NCBI GenBank assembly: GCA_965218585.1
Contig: CBDCLE010000017.1
Span: forward strand, 32,001-96,000
Direction of reading: 5' to 3'
Source of the DNA: Terriglobia bacterium
GTDB taxonomy: Bacteria; Acidobacteriota; Terriglobia; 20CM-2-55-15
DNA: 64,000 bases
The notes below the pieces were generated by a model. That model was given only the letters and a program-made list of their open reading frames with translations, was not told the origin of the DNA and ran no database searches. How positions within the stretch are numbered: position 1 is the first letter of the stretch; each line of letters opens with the position of its first letter. Below, in pieces: positions 50,458 through 61,566 of the stretch. The position numbers and the translations under genes were made by a program.

Positions 50458-51021
50458 ATGAAAGTTCTATCCATCGCCATAATGACGCTGACCATGCTCG
50501 TCGGGACGGGTCTGTCAGCGCAGTCGTCCCGGGAAGGTCCGGTCATCCTGAAGGTTCGGCCACAGCAAAGATCCGGACAGGGGAGAAACCTGCGCGCTCC
50601 GGATGTCGCATCAATCCAGGAAGTCATTGAGGGTTTCTACGTCAGCCGTTTTCAGATGGAACTGGAACTGGACGATGAACAGTTCGCGCGGGTGCTTCCG
50701 AGGCTGAGAAACTCGCTGAGGGAATGGAATGAGGCAGGACAGAGACATGCTCGAGCGCTCAATCAGCTACGACAGGCGATGCGAGCCAATGCTCCTGACG
50801 ACGAGATTGCCCGGCGAATCGAAGAAATAGACGAAAGCGACATCGCCCTGCGGGCCATCCAGGAAAACCTGTTGCGTTCGGTCGATCCCGACCTGTCTCC
50901 CCGGCAGCGTGCCCGCCTGCGCATCGTCCAGCCCAACCTTGAAGAGCGGATCCGAAATATGATCGAGCGTTCCCGCGGCCGCCCCCCTCAACCCCCGCGT
51001 CCCCCCCAACCTCCTCGATAA
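50458..51021 (+). CDS. Periplasmic helical protein (Spy/CpxP/heavy-metal-sensor-like)
   Basis: Signal peptide, LELDDEQ and LSPRQRAR motifs, Pro-rich tail; third gene of the sigma operon. Confidence 0.6.
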   Translation: MKVLSIAIMTLTMLVGTGLSAQSSREGPVILKVRPQQRSGQGRNLRAPDVASIQEVIEGFYVSRFQMELELDDEQFARVLPRLRNSLREWNEAGQRHARALNQLRQAMRANAPDDEIARRIEEIDESDIALRAIQENLLRSVDPDLSPRQRARLRIVQPNLEERIRNMIERSRGRPPQPPRPPQPPR

Positions 51022-51026
51022 GAACA

Positions 51027-51170
51027 AACAGAGAGGCGCAGAGACGCGGAGGTGCAGACTTCTCGCGAATCCCTCTGTTCCCACGTTTAAGGTATTCCGA
51101 TAACTTCCTCGCCACCCCGAACTCGGGATTAGGGACGCGTTGGCCTCCCATTTTTCTCCGCGCCTCTGCG
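51027..51170. repeat. Inverted-repeat element built from ~8-nt units
   Basis: cgcagagacgcggag (51037-51051) versus ctccgcgcctctgcg (51156-51170), 14/15 complementary. Confidence 0.65.
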
Positions 51171-51188
51171 TTGGCGTCTTTTCTTCCT

Positions 51189-52508
51189 TTAGCCGACCAG
51201 GATTATCTGGAGGTCCATCAGGTTGGTTTGTGTGGGGCCGGTCGTGATCAAGTCGCGGACGGACTTCAGGAAGGTAAACGAATCGTTCGCTCGAAGAAAT
51301 TTCATTGGCTCGAGGTTCATTTCGATCGCGCGCGAACACGTGAAGGGATCGACCAGGCCTCCAGCGGCGGTGGTCGGCCCGTCGGTGCCATCGGTCGCAA
51401 CACTTGCAAAACAGGCCGGTTTCTTCCATGACTGCATCTTCAGAGCCCACGCGAGGGCCATTTCCTGATTGCGGCCTCCCTGGCCCGGACCTCTGACAGT
51501 CACCGTCGTTTCCCCGGCGGCGAGCACACATGCCGGGGGTGCAACCGGTTGGCCACTCGAACCGATTTCACGCGCAATCGACGCAAAAAAACGGCCTACG
51601 TCCCGCGCTTCACCCTCGATCTCCGAGCTGAGCACCATGGTCTTGAAGCCCAATTCCTTCGCCCTTTCGGAAGCCGAGGCCAGCAGAAGACGGTTATCAG
51701 CGATGATGTGATTGCTGACACGCTCAAAGAGCACGTCACCCTGCTTGGGGGTTTCTCCGATCTCACCTCTCCCACCCCGCTCAAAACGATCCTCCACAGC
51801 TGACGGAACGGAGATTCCATATTTCCTGACAATTGCGAGCGCGTCAGCAAACGTTGTCGTGTCGGGTGCAGTTGGACCTGAAGAAATGAAGTCGAGGGGA
51901 TTGCCGATCACGTCAGACATGATCAGGGACACAACCCGAGCAGGGGCCGCCCACCTCAACAACTGTCCGCCTTTGATCGAGGAGAGATGCTTTCGAACCG
52001 CGTTGAGTTCACGAATCGTGGCTCCTGCCCGAAGCAGGTTGGACGTGACGTGCTGCTTCTCACCCAACGTGATCCCCTCCGCTGGTGAAGGCAGAAGCGC
52101 TGAGCCACCCCCCGAAAACAGGCACAGCACCAGGTCCTCCGAATTCAGGTCACGCAGAAGCTCCCGCAATCCCTCGACGGCCAACTCTCCTGAGCGGTCC
52201 GGTACCGGATGTCCGGCCTCGAACACTTGAATGCGATCGGTCGGCAGTCGGTGGCCATACTTCGTAATCACAAGGCCGGAAGATATCCGGTCGTTAAAGA
52301 TCCCCTCGACAACCTGGGCCATTCCGGCGCCGGCTTTCCCCGCTCCAACGACGATGAGCCGTCCGGTAATCTCAAATTCCTGATCGTCTACGGTGAAACC
52401 ATTCGGCGTCACGCGGACGGCATTTGGAATGCAGATTTCTGGCCGAGCCGCATCGAGCGCCGACTGCCAGATCTCCTTGGCCGCTCGACGTAACTGGGAA
52501 ATCGTCAT
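51189..52508 (-). CDS. Glycerate 2-kinase (MOFRL/TtuD family)
   Basis: GAGKA, AGHPVPD, SGGGSAL, GGRNQE, TDGTDG and TGPTQTN motifs; start at ATG 52508. Confidence 0.9.
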   Translation of the reverse strand: MTISQLRRAAKEIWQSALDAARPEICIPNAVRVTPNGFTVDDQEFEITGRLIVVGAGKAGAGMAQVVEGIFNDRISSGLVITKYGHRLPTDRIQVFEAGHPVPDRSGELAVEGLRELLRDLNSEDLVLCLFSGGGSALLPSPAEGITLGEKQHVTSNLLRAGATIRELNAVRKHLSSIKGGQLLRWAAPARVVSLIMSDVIGNPLDFISSGPTAPDTTTFADALAIVRKYGISVPSAVEDRFERGGRGEIGETPKQGDVLFERVSNHIIADNRLLLASASERAKELGFKTMVLSSEIEGEARDVGRFFASIAREIGSSGQPVAPPACVLAAGETTVTVRGPGQGGRNQEMALAWALKMQSWKKPACFASVATDGTDGPTTAAGGLVDPFTCSRAIEMNLEPMKFLRANDSFTFLKSVRDLITTGPTQTNLMDLQIILVG

Positions 52509-52741
52509 ACGAGGCTCTCTTCTATCACGGGGTCCGACCCAACCAAAAACGTTTCCCGTATAGTGGATCAATCCCGAACAGGTAAACTAGTGATCTGTAG
52601 CACCCGTATCGGGCCCAGTGTTGCGGTCAAACGGCATTGGATTCTAGGAGTCACCGACGAGGAAATGCCCTGCATTGTGAGGAGCTGACGACAACGAAGA
52701 CGATGCCATTTCGCAGCAATCGCTGGCAGATGGAGAGGCAG

Positions 52742-53275
52742 ATGGAGCATACGTTGCGAGAGGGCGTCCTGATTTCAGAGTCGGACATCGCGGGACGAAT
52801 CACCGACATCGCGAGGGGGCTCTCGGGCGACTTCGCCGGACGCGAACTGTTTGCTGTCATTGTTCTTGGCGGCGGCTTCATATTCGCCGGGGATTTGCTG
52901 CGCAAGATAGATTCCACTGTGAAGGTGCGCCTTGGTTTCATATCGGCGAGTAGTTACGGTTCAGAAACAGTGTCATCGGGAGACGTTCGGGTCGCAGTTG
53001 ACCTTGCGGTTTCGGTAGCGGGAGCAGACGTGCTTGTCATAGACGACATTCTGGAAACTGGAGAGACATTGACCCGGATTCGGGATCTCATTCAAGAACG
53101 CGGTGCCGCTTCGGTACGCGTGGCCACGCTGCTTCACAAGAAGGGCAAACTGAAGCGTCCGTTCACCGCGGATTACGTTGGATTCGAGATTCCTGACGTG
53201 TTCGTTGTGGGTTACGGTCTGGATTTCGCAGAGTACTATCGAAACCTTCCAGACATAAGGATCTTGGACGAATGA
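52742..53275 (+). CDS. hpt: Hypoxanthine phosphoribosyltransferase
   Basis: SSYG, VIDDILETG and FVVGYGLD...YRNLP motifs; GGAG ribosome-binding site before ATG 52742. Confidence 0.92.
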   Translation: MEHTLREGVLISESDIAGRITDIARGLSGDFAGRELFAVIVLGGGFIFAGDLLRKIDSTVKVRLGFISASSYGSETVSSGDVRVAVDLAVSVAGADVLVIDDILETGETLTRIRDLIQERGAASVRVATLLHKKGKLKRPFTADYVGFEIPDVFVVGYGLDFAEYYRNLPDIRILDE

Positions 53276-53312
53276 ATAATCGAGTTACAGCCTCGAGGAG
53301 ATACGCCGCACC

Positions 53313-55070
53313 GTGAGCCAGAAACCCGAACTGCATTTCTCGGATACTCGTTTTCTTTCGGACATCCTCGAAATAAACCACGAGATCACGGCGATCCTCG
53401 ACCTGGATCCCTTACTCAAGAAGATCGCCGAAACGACTCGTGGGTTCATCCCATACCAGGTGTTTGCCATCCTGTTAGTCGACGAATCAACCGACGAACT
53501 CTTTTATCGCTTTTCGATGGGCCACCCTGAGGAGGTCGTTGACAACCTCAGGGTTCCGATCGGCCAGGGAATCATCGGCACCGCCGCCAAAGAAAGACGC
53601 CCTGTGGTCGTCGACGATGTATCCGAGGATTCACGGTACATCAACGTTGTGGCCGGAACTCGATCGGAACTGGCCGTGCCGCTGATCAGCAAAGGACGTG
53701 TCCTGGGTGTCCTCGACATCGAAAGCCCGGAGGTCGGATTTTTTCGCGAGGAACAGGTGCGGATGCTCGATCTGTTGGCGAGCCAGATCGCGATCGCGAT
53801 CGAAAACGCCAATCTCTATGAAAGTGAGCGGCGTAACCACGAGCGGCTCTCTCTGCTTCGCGACATCAGCCTCGAGATCGCGTCCACCCTTGAGGTGGAA
53901 CAAGTGATCAACAAGATCGCTGAAGGCGTCAAATCGACCGTCGATTACCATATTTTCTCGATCCTTCAACTGGACGAATCCAAGAACATGCTGCGGCCCC
54001 GCATGGTCTTTCGACACGACGAACAGGCGCACGAAAAATACGACGTACCGCTTGGTCAAGGCCTCATCGGTATCGCAGCGCTTCAGAACCAGGCCGTCCG
54101 CGTCGGCGATGTCAGCAACGATTCACGTTACATCAACGTACACAGCGAGACCGTGTCGGAAATGGTTATTCCTCTTGCCTACAAGGGGCGGGTTATCGGC
54201 GCGCTCGACCTGGAGAGCCCGAAACCGAATCACTTCACCGAATATGACGAGCGCCTTCTGATGACACTGGCGACGCGGATCGCATCCGCCCTGGTGAACG
54301 CTGAGTTGTACGAAAAGGTTGCAGAAAACGAAAGACGGCTGGATAACGAACTGGAGATTGCCCGTGAGATCCAGATCGGCCTGTTACCAGAGGAACTACC
54401 TTCGATCGGTGGATTGGACGTGGCTGTTTCGTTTACTCCGGTCGCACACCTGGGAGGCGATCTCTACGATGTGCTTCGCTTCGATGACGGTCGGTTTGCC
54501 ATCACCGTAGGAGATGTCTCGGGCAAGGGAGCTCCGGCGGCTCTCTACGGGGCTTTGGCGAGCGGCGTCATCCGAACTCGGGCCACACGAAAATACCCGC
54601 CTGCCCAGATGCTGGAACTGGTCAACAAGTCCTTACAACAGCGCCCGATCGCGACCCAATATGTTGCGTTGGTCTACGCTGTGTACGATCCCGAAAAAAG
54701 GCAATTGACGTTTTCCAATTCGGGATTGCCGTATCCCATCCGCAGCCTGGGAAGCGGCGACGGTGCCGGATTTCTGGATCTTGCAGGAATACCGATTGGG
54801 TTGCTGCCCGACTCGAAATATGAAGAACGCGTCATTGAATTAAGCGCCGGAGACCTCATCGTGTTCTACACCGATGGCATCGCCGAAAGACGAGATTCCA
54901 GTGGCGAAGAATTCGGACTCAAGCGGCTGGCGAGACTTGTCCAGGAAAACAGGGAGAAGACGCCCGATCAGATCATCGTCGCGATAGAGGCTGAATTGGA
55001 GGCCTACAGCGGGGGGAGTCCCGCCGACGACGATCAGACACTGCTGGTCATGAAGATGGACGGCGAATGA
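53313..55070 (+). CDS. GAF-GAF-PP2C (SpoIIE/RsbU-like) phosphatase
   Basis: Two GAF repeats (GQGIIG / GQGLIG, SELAVPL); GGDLYD, GDVSGKG, YTDG and DDQT motifs. Confidence 0.9.
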   Translation: MSQKPELHFSDTRFLSDILEINHEITAILDLDPLLKKIAETTRGFIPYQVFAILLVDESTDELFYRFSMGHPEEVVDNLRVPIGQGIIGTAAKERRPVVVDDVSEDSRYINVVAGTRSELAVPLISKGRVLGVLDIESPEVGFFREEQVRMLDLLASQIAIAIENANLYESERRNHERLSLLRDISLEIASTLEVEQVINKIAEGVKSTVDYHIFSILQLDESKNMLRPRMVFRHDEQAHEKYDVPLGQGLIGIAALQNQAVRVGDVSNDSRYINVHSETVSEMVIPLAYKGRVIGALDLESPKPNHFTEYDERLLMTLATRIASALVNAELYEKVAENERRLDNELEIAREIQIGLLPEELPSIGGLDVAVSFTPVAHLGGDLYDVLRFDDGRFAITVGDVSGKGAPAALYGALASGVIRTRATRKYPPAQMLELVNKSLQQRPIATQYVALVYAVYDPEKRQLTFSNSGLPYPIRSLGSGDGAGFLDLAGIPIGLLPDSKYEERVIELSAGDLIVFYTDGIAERRDSSGEEFGLKRLARLVQENREKTPDQIIVAIEAELEAYSGGSPADDDQTLLVMKMDGE

Positions 55071-55073
55071 CGG

Positions 55074-55859
55074 TCATCGGTCTCTGTTCGCGATAGAGCC
55101 CAGCATCTGATCGTGAATCCGCCCGTTAGAGGCGACGATCTCTCCCGATTCCACTCGAAACCCATTTCCCATGAAATCTGTAACGCGTCCACCCGCCTCC
55201 TCCACGATCAACGTGCCCGCGGCCGTGTCCCAGGGCTGAAGATCCAATTCCCAGAAGCCATCACATCGACCTGATGCGATGTAGCAGAGATCGAGAGCGG
55301 CAGAACCCGCTCGACGAACGGCTTGAGACCCGATGAGAAACGTGCGAAACAGGTCGAGGGCCGGACCCACCTTCTCTCTAAAACCATACGGAAAGCCGGT
55401 CAACAGCAATCCATCTGAGAGTTCTCGAACGTCAGACACTGCGATCGGCTCACCGTTCAAAAACGCTCCGCCACCATGGCTGCCGGTAAACATTTCATCC
55501 CTTACCGGATCGTATACGGCGCCACAAACCATTCCACCATTCTGCTCGAAACCGATCGACACGCAATACATCGGAAACTGGTGCGTATAGTTGGTCGTGC
55601 CGTCAAGTGGGTCGATTATCCAGCGACCCGCAGAAGCGCCTTTCGAGACGCCAACAAGACCTGCCTCTTCGGCTAGAATGCCATGGTCCGGATACCGGGA
55701 ACGGATCTCACCAACGATCAGCTCTTCGCTTTCGCGATCGGCTACGGTCACCAGGTCGGCCCGGCCCTTCAACTCCACATGCTTGTCACGTGATGCGTAG
55801 TGTTTAAGAATCTCACCCGCCGCACGCGCCAGTTCGTCGGCAAAAATCAGGTATTCCAC
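55074..55859 (-). CDS. suhB: Inositol monophosphatase
   Basis: WIIDPLDGTTN, GSAALD and WDTAAG motifs. Confidence 0.9.
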   Translation of the reverse strand: MEYLIFADELARAAGEILKHYASRDKHVELKGRADLVTVADRESEELIVGEIRSRYPDHGILAEEAGLVGVSKGASAGRWIIDPLDGTTNYTHQFPMYCVSIGFEQNGGMVCGAVYDPVRDEMFTGSHGGGAFLNGEPIAVSDVRELSDGLLLTGFPYGFREKVGPALDLFRTFLIGSQAVRRAGSAALDLCYIASGRCDGFWELDLQPWDTAAGTLIVEEAGGRVTDFMGNGFRVESGEIVASNGRIHDQMLGSIANRDR

Positions 55860-55928
55860 TTGCGATGTGTGCTTTTTTTTAAGATGTGCGTCAGGGGCAG
55901 GTCAAAGGCAAGCGAGGAGCTTCCCTGC

Positions 55929-57146
55929 TCAGGACTGTTCTACAAGGACCCGCAGCTGAACAAACCGCTCGTCCCTGTTCAAGAAATCAAACACGGGGTC
56001 ATCGAGCAGGTCGCTTTGAGAAAAACCCTGCTCCAGAGCCCGATACAGGAATGAAATCGCCCTGTCCCCATCATCAACGTTCGCGAAGACCTTTGCGAGA
56101 TAATAGCTCACCATGGCCTCGTTCTCCTGAGGCTGACGGACCAGGGTCCCAAAACCTCCACCGGAATTTTCGAACAATGTCGGATCGATCCGCAGCGCCG
56201 CAATAAAAAAGACCAAGCCGTCTTCATACCGTTCCAACGCAAACATGCAATAGCCCAGGTTCTGGAGCACGGTCGGCGATTCCGGATTGACAATCAGTGC
56301 TCTTCGGAACCATTCACGCGCGACATCATAGCGTTCGCGACCCTGCTCGATAGAGCCGAGGTTATTCAGGGCAGGCAAGAAGTACTCATTGGCATCCACG
56401 GACCTTCGGTACTGCCTTTCCGCGTCTCTTATGTCCTGATTCTGGTGATATGCAATGCCCAGCTTGTTGATCAACCTGGCGTTGTACTCATCGATTTCCG
56501 TTGCAGCCTCATAGACCTCGATAGCTTCCGGAAACAGCTTCCGAGCCATCAACGAATCTCCACGCAGCTCCTGGATTCGCAGATCTTCGATTACTTCAGC
56601 CCTCATGAGGAGAGACACTCTGATCAGGTCTACTTCACGGCCTTCGATCAACAGGGGATTCTCCACGTGTTCGGCAGCGATCACCGAATCGGCAATCCGC
56701 CCGTTTCTACGAGCGTGTTTCGCAGCACGAAGATTGTCCTGAATAAGGGGGTTCTCGGGATCCTGTTCGAGAGCGTCCTCGAACCGATCTTCCGCCTCCC
56801 GAAAGTCCTGCCGTGCGTAGTAGATCGCTCCAAGGTTATTGTGGCTCCCCGCAACACCCACATCGCGCCCCTGGACCAGCCGATAGATCCGTTCAGCTTC
56901 CGGGAGTCGATCGAGCAGGTGATAGGACGAGGCCAGCCTGCTTTGAATCTCGGGCGATAACTCGCTGGCGTCGAGGTTTTCATAGGCAGCAATCGCTGCT
57001 TCGAAATTCGACGCTTCAAAGGCCTGGTTCCCCGCGACCAGGGCCTCAGATTCTTGCACGGGAACTTCCTGGCCAAAATTCGCTACGGGCAGGCCGAGGA
57101 GTGACAGGACGACTAGTGAAAGGCTCACCTTAGCGGCATACTTCAT
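55929..57146 (-). CDS. Secreted TPR protein
   Basis: Signal peptide and multiple NNLG/NKLG TPR repeats. Confidence 0.8.
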   Translation of the reverse strand: MKYAAKVSLSLVVLSLLGLPVANFGQEVPVQESEALVAGNQAFEASNFEAAIAAYENLDASELSPEIQSRLASSYHLLDRLPEAERIYRLVQGRDVGVAGSHNNLGAIYYARQDFREAEDRFEDALEQDPENPLIQDNLRAAKHARRNGRIADSVIAAEHVENPLLIEGREVDLIRVSLLMRAEVIEDLRIQELRGDSLMARKLFPEAIEVYEAATEIDEYNARLINKLGIAYHQNQDIRDAERQYRRSVDANEYFLPALNNLGSIEQGRERYDVAREWFRRALIVNPESPTVLQNLGYCMFALERYEDGLVFFIAALRIDPTLFENSGGGFGTLVRQPQENEAMVSYYLAKVFANVDDGDRAISFLYRALEQGFSQSDLLDDPVFDFLNRDERFVQLRVLVEQS

Positions 57147-57226
57147 AAGGGACGCTCCTTCCAAAATTCTAACACTCGATGCCGCTCAAGGACGAATCCA
57201 ATCGGACATCAGAACGAGACACGCAA

Positions 57227-59218
57227 TCAGACAATTTCCAACTGCTTTTCTTTTAGCACTTTAGCCCGGTCACGCAACTCCGCCGCACGCTCAAATTCAA
57301 ACCTGCGGGCCGCTTCGCGCATTTCTTCCTCGACCTTTTCAATACGCTCCGCCAGTTTCGCCGGGTCATCGATGTTGTCGTCCGCCGAAACGCTGACCGG
57401 GGGAGGATCGGAATAGTCCGCTTCAGACATTGAAACCAACGTCATGTCGACGGGCTTGATGATGGTTTCCGGTGTTATCCCGTTCACTCTGTTGTAGTCG
57501 AGCTGGATGCTCCGGCGTCGATCCGTTTCACCGATCGCCCGTTTCATCGAGTCGGTCATTCTGTCCGCATACAGGATCGCCGTCCCGTTGACGTTGCGCG
57601 CGGCACGTCCAATAGTCTGAATCAGCGAACCGCTGGACCTGAGGAATCCCTCTTTATCAGCATCCAGAATCGCAACAAGAGACACCTCGGGCAGATCCAG
57701 CCCTTCCCTGAGGAGATTTATTCCGATCAGGACATCGAAATCGCCACGCCGGAGCCCTCTGAGAACCTTGATCCGCTCGAGAGTTTCTATCTCCGAGTGG
57801 AGGTAACGGCAGCGGACCCCGACTTCGGTGTAGTATTCAGCCAGATCTTCAGACATGCGCTTGGTCAATGTCGTCACCAGCACACGCTCTCCCACACCGA
57901 CGCGTTCGCGAATCTCATGGAGGAGGTCGTCAATCTGACCGTTGACAGGACGCACATCGACATCCGGGTCGGTCAGGCCGGTCGGGCGAATCACCTGTTC
58001 GATCACCACGCCCGAAGACTTCGTCAGTTCGTAGGGTCCCGGCGTCGCCGAAACATAGATGACCTGATTCGCCCTCTCCTCGAATTCTCCAAAAGTCAAA
58101 GGGCGATTGTCTAATGCCGACGGCAGGCGGAATCCAAATTCAACCAGATTGGCTTTGCGGGACCGGTCACCCTTATACATAGCTCCGAGCTGTGGCACCG
58201 TCTGGTGACTTTCGTCAATGAAGATCAGGGAGTCCCGGGGCAAGTAATCGAGAAGCGTGGGTGGAGCCTGACCCGGAGCCCGGCCGGTCAGGTGCCTCGA
58301 ATAATTCTCAATTCCGTGGCAGTAGCCGACCTCCTTGACCATCTCCATGTCGAAGAGGGTTCGTTGATGAACCCGCTGCGCTTCCAGCAAGCGGCTCTGG
58401 CGTTCAAGCAGCGATTCCCAATCCTTGAGTTCGGCACGTATCGTCTTGATTGCGGCCTCGAGTCGGGATCGTGGCATCACGAAATGGCTCTTCGGGTATA
58501 CAGTCAACCGTTCGAACTTGTCGATGACATCGCCGGTAAGAGGATCAAAAGTGCTCAGCTGGTCGACCTCATCGCCCCACATCTCTATCCGATAGCCGAT
58601 ATTTTCATATGTGGAGAAGACTTCGACAGTGTCCCCCCGAACCCTGAAGGTTCCGCGCTTAAAATCTATGTCGTTGCGTTCGTAGAGAATCTCAACGAGC
58701 TTGGACAACACTTCGCGCCGGGAAATCGTCTGCCCCCGTTCCAGCATGAGAAGCATCCCGTAATAAGCCTCCGGTGAGCCCAGGCCGTAGATACATGAAA
58801 CCGACGCTACGATCACAACGTCGCGACGCTCAAACAGCGATCGCGTCGCCGAGAGGCGCAGACGGTCGATTTCGTCGTTGATCGTCGATTCCTTCTCGAT
58901 ATAGGTGTCTGTCGAGGCGATATAGGCTTCAGGCTGGTAATAATCGTAGTAACTGACAAAATACTCGACTGCGTTTCGGGGAAAGAAACCGCGAAACTCC
59001 TGATAGAGCTGTGCTGCCAGAGTCTTGTTGTGCGCAAGAACGAGCGCAGGACGGTCGAGGGCTTCAATGACTTTGGCCATCGTGAAGGTTTTCCCCGACC
59101 CGGTAACTCCGAGAAGAACCTGATGGCGGTCTCCATCGTGCAAGCCGCGGAGAAGCGCGTCGATAGCAGTTTCCTGGTCTCCTCGCGGCACGTACGGTGA
59201 TGCAAGTTCGAAGCTCAT
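57227..59218 (-). CDS. uvrB: Excinuclease ABC subunit B
   Basis: [22 protein letters not shown] and C-terminal UVR motif. Confidence 0.97.
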   Translation of the reverse strand: MSFELASPYVPRGDQETAIDALLRGLHDGDRHQVLLGVTGSGKTFTMAKVIEALDRPALVLAHNKTLAAQLYQEFRGFFPRNAVEYFVSYYDYYQPEAYIASTDTYIEKESTINDEIDRLRLSATRSLFERRDVVIVASVSCIYGLGSPEAYYGMLLMLERGQTISRREVLSKLVEILYERNDIDFKRGTFRVRGDTVEVFSTYENIGYRIEMWGDEVDQLSTFDPLTGDVIDKFERLTVYPKSHFVMPRSRLEAAIKTIRAELKDWESLLERQSRLLEAQRVHQRTLFDMEMVKEVGYCHGIENYSRHLTGRAPGQAPPTLLDYLPRDSLIFIDESHQTVPQLGAMYKGDRSRKANLVEFGFRLPSALDNRPLTFGEFEERANQVIYVSATPGPYELTKSSGVVIEQVIRPTGLTDPDVDVRPVNGQIDDLLHEIRERVGVGERVLVTTLTKRMSEDLAEYYTEVGVRCRYLHSEIETLERIKVLRGLRRGDFDVLIGINLLREGLDLPEVSLVAILDADKEGFLRSSGSLIQTIGRAARNVNGTAILYADRMTDSMKRAIGETDRRRSIQLDYNRVNGITPETIIKPVDMTLVSMSEADYSDPPPVSVSADDNIDDPAKLAERIEKVEEEMREAARRFEFERAAELRDRAKVLKEKQLEIV

Positions 59219-59273
59219 TGAAAACTTACATTTTACCAGTTAAGGGACAGGCAAGCGCCATCGTTCGCCATTC

Positions 59274-59302
59274 TTGACACCAATCGACCCATCGCCTACC
59301 CT
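59274..59302 (+). promoter_or_regulatory. Sigma70-type promoter
   Basis: TTGACA-N17-TACCCT upstream of ATG 59321. Confidence 0.55.
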
Positions 59303-59320
59303 CAAATCCCTGAAGAACGG

Positions 59321-60184
59321 ATGGTTAACCCAGGGTTTACTGTGCAAACAACGGATTCTCTCCTCGCCGTGTCTCCCGAGATCCTCGGTGCCCTCCAGTG
59401 TCCTTCCTGCAGGTCCGAGACTCCCCTCGATCAGGGGCCCGAAGCTCTGCGCTGCCAGAGTTGCGGTTTGAAATATCCGTTCAGCGGCGGTTATCTCGAT
59501 CTCCTTCCAGATTACGAAGAAAAAATAACGCCGATCCAGCACGTTCTTCAGTTCAAGCCGGCGATCCTGCTTTACGACAATGTGTGGCGACCTGTCGGGT
59601 ATTTTCTGACCAGCGATCGATCGTTTTCTACAGACCTCGGCCGGATAACAAAATTGGTGGGACCGGATCGTCAGCGGTTGGTCCTGGATCTGGCGTGCGG
59701 TCCGGGAAATTTCACGCGCAGCATTGCGGGCTCGGGGGAGAACACCCGTGTAATCGGATTTGATTTGGCCCGGCAGATGCTGGACAGGGCGCGATATCTC
59801 ACGGACGGAGACAGATATCCCAATGTAGAATTCATGCGCGGTAGTGCGCTGGCGCTACCTTTTCGCCCGGGTGTCTTTGATGCCGTGAACTGCTGCGGAG
59901 CATTGCAGCTGTTTACAGACTACGACCAGGCGTTATCGGAAATCTCACGTGTCCTGAAGGTGGGTGGCGACTTCGTGTGCCAGACCGTCGTGGGACCTAA
60001 GACCACCCCTCTCTGGCTTCGAATGTCCGACCGTTTGATGAAATTCGGCCACTTCAAGATAGATGAGCTCAAGGGGCAGCTTCACGACCTGGGACTGGAC
60101 ATCGTCGATGAGGAGCTTTCAAGGGCCAGTTATATTTTCAGGGCCGCAAAAACCGAAGAACAGACCCGATCTGCTGCTGGCTGA
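59321..60184 (+). CDS. Class I SAM methyltransferase with N-terminal Zn ribbon
   Basis: CPSC..CQSC, LDLACGPG, LPF...FDAV and RVLKVGG motifs. Confidence 0.85.
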   Translation: MVNPGFTVQTTDSLLAVSPEILGALQCPSCRSETPLDQGPEALRCQSCGLKYPFSGGYLDLLPDYEEKITPIQHVLQFKPAILLYDNVWRPVGYFLTSDRSFSTDLGRITKLVGPDRQRLVLDLACGPGNFTRSIAGSGENTRVIGFDLARQMLDRARYLTDGDRYPNVEFMRGSALALPFRPGVFDAVNCCGALQLFTDYDQALSEISRVLKVGGDFVCQTVVGPKTTPLWLRMSDRLMKFGHFKIDELKGQLHDLGLDIVDEELSRASYIFRAAKTEEQTRSAAG

Positions 60185-60186
60185 AG

Positions 60187-60798
60187 CTAGTATGTAATCT
60201 CGGCACCGTCGGGTGTGAGGACAATCTCTTCGATGCCCCAGGGGATGAGGAAGCCCTCGTCCAGATCGACTTCAGGAAATCGCGGGTTTACGAACCGGTC
60301 GATGAGAACCTCGACGACCACGATCGGAACAGGAAAACCATCCACACGCACCTGCTGCAACCGGAAGGTTCCTTCCCCGGCATGACCCTCCAGCGCACCC
60401 CTTACAAAGAGACTGTGCGGACTCTCGAGCAGGAGATCCACAATGGGATTTCCGGAACCTTCCTCGGAATCAAATGTCAGTTCGGTGGCGGCTGCAATCG
60501 TTCCGGCCTCAACCGTCACATCGATCGAATCCACACGGGCAGGAATCTCATCCCCCATCGAAAAGAAGACAAAAGATTCCATTTCCGTCTCTGTGACCAG
60601 GATCGTCGTGGCTTCATCAAGACCTCGGGTTGATGCATTTTCAGCATCACGTATGGCAACAATCTTGTCGAAAAGTGAGTTTGCCGCTTCCGGATTCAGA
60701 CTGGGGGGAGAGTCAGACGATTGCCGGGCGTCGAGAGAAATCGACAGGAGAAAACTAAGAGAAACTGCGAGGAGAAAGAGCGGCCGAGGGCGAGGCAT
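60187..60798 (-). CDS. Secreted protein of unknown function
   Basis: Signal peptide; directly downstream of lepB on the same strand. Confidence 0.6.
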   Translation of the reverse strand: MPRPRPLFLLAVSLSFLLSISLDARQSSDSPPSLNPEAANSLFDKIVAIRDAENASTRGLDEATTILVTETEMESFVFFSMGDEIPARVDSIDVTVEAGTIAAATELTFDSEEGSGNPIVDLLLESPHSLFVRGALEGHAGEGTFRLQQVRVDGFPVPIVVVEVLIDRFVNPRFPEVDLDEGFLIPWGIEEIVLTPDGAEITY

Positions 60799-60801
60799 CA
60801 G

Positions 60802-61566
60802 CTATCGGATGATCATGAACGTTCGGCCCCATCGTGTCTTGCGGAAGAAGTTCAATCCAAGATCCGCGATCTGCCCCACCCGACTCCCTGCACCCGCCTC
60901 GAGATATTCGTCTGTGTCGGTTTCGTAGGACCAGTAGATGACCAGCGCCTTGCCGACGATGTCCGTCATGGGGACGAATCCCCAGTAGCGACTGTCCGAG
61001 CTGTTGTCCCGGTTGTCGCCCATGGCGAAGTAGTGTCCTTCGGGCACCAGGATCTCATCGTCGACCATGTAGTCCTCATACCAGTACGGATCCTGATCCA
61101 CACCTCCATAGCGCCGGCCGGGATGCGGCCTCGGGGGAAAATAGTCCCGGAACGGGTCTGCATAGGCGCCCGGTGGACTGATGTGCATCTTGTAGGGCTC
61201 GTTCAGGGGGCGATCGTCTACGAAAACCTGCTGCTCGATAATCCGAACGCGCTCGCCCGGAAGACCGACCACCCGCTTCACGTAGTGTTTGGTGAGATCT
61301 CTTGGGTAGCGAAAAACGATGACGTCTCCTCGATCGACCTTGTTGAACGGAAGGACGGCATCGATCCAGGATCCTTCGTTTCCGAACGTAAACTTGTTGA
61401 CAAGAAGATGGTCGCCGACAAGAAGGTTGTTTTCCATCGAAGGTGTGGGAATCTTGAACGCCTGGACGATAAACGTCGTTCCGAAAAGCGCCAGAATCAC
61501 CGTGATCACGAGTGACTCGAAGTATTCGCGGGCAGTTGATTTCGTGTAAGTCGGTTCGTCTGTCAT
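60802..61566 (-). CDS. lepB: Signal peptidase I
   Basis: IPTPSM, VKRVVGLPG and GDNRDNSSDSRYWG motifs. Confidence 0.93.
   Translation of the reverse strand: MTDEPTYTKSTAREYFESLVITVILALFGTTFIVQAFKIPTPSMENNLLVGDHLLVNKFTFGNEGSWIDAVLPFNKVDRGDVIVFRYPRDLTKHYVKRVVGLPGERVRIIEQQVFVDDRPLNEPYKMHISPPGAYADPFRDYFPPRPHPGRRYGGVDQDPYWYEDYMVDDEILVPEGHYFAMGDNRDNSSDSRYWGFVPMTDIVGKALVIYWSYETDTDEYLEAGAGSRVGQIADLGLNFFRKTRWGRTFMIIR

Noticed and set aside
50980-51016. C-rich low-complexity tract
   Set aside because: It is explained by the Pro-rich protein tail PPQPPRPPQPPR.
52725-52747. GGCAGATGGAG repeated at a 12-nt period at the hpt start
   Set aside because: It keeps the frame and the first copy simply supplies the SD. 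It is not 8 bp, so I did not treat it as an IS footprint.
59221-59320. LexA/SOS box upstream of uvrB
   Set aside because: No CTGT-N8-ACAG, GAAC-N4-GTTC or GTTC-N7-GTTC match was found.
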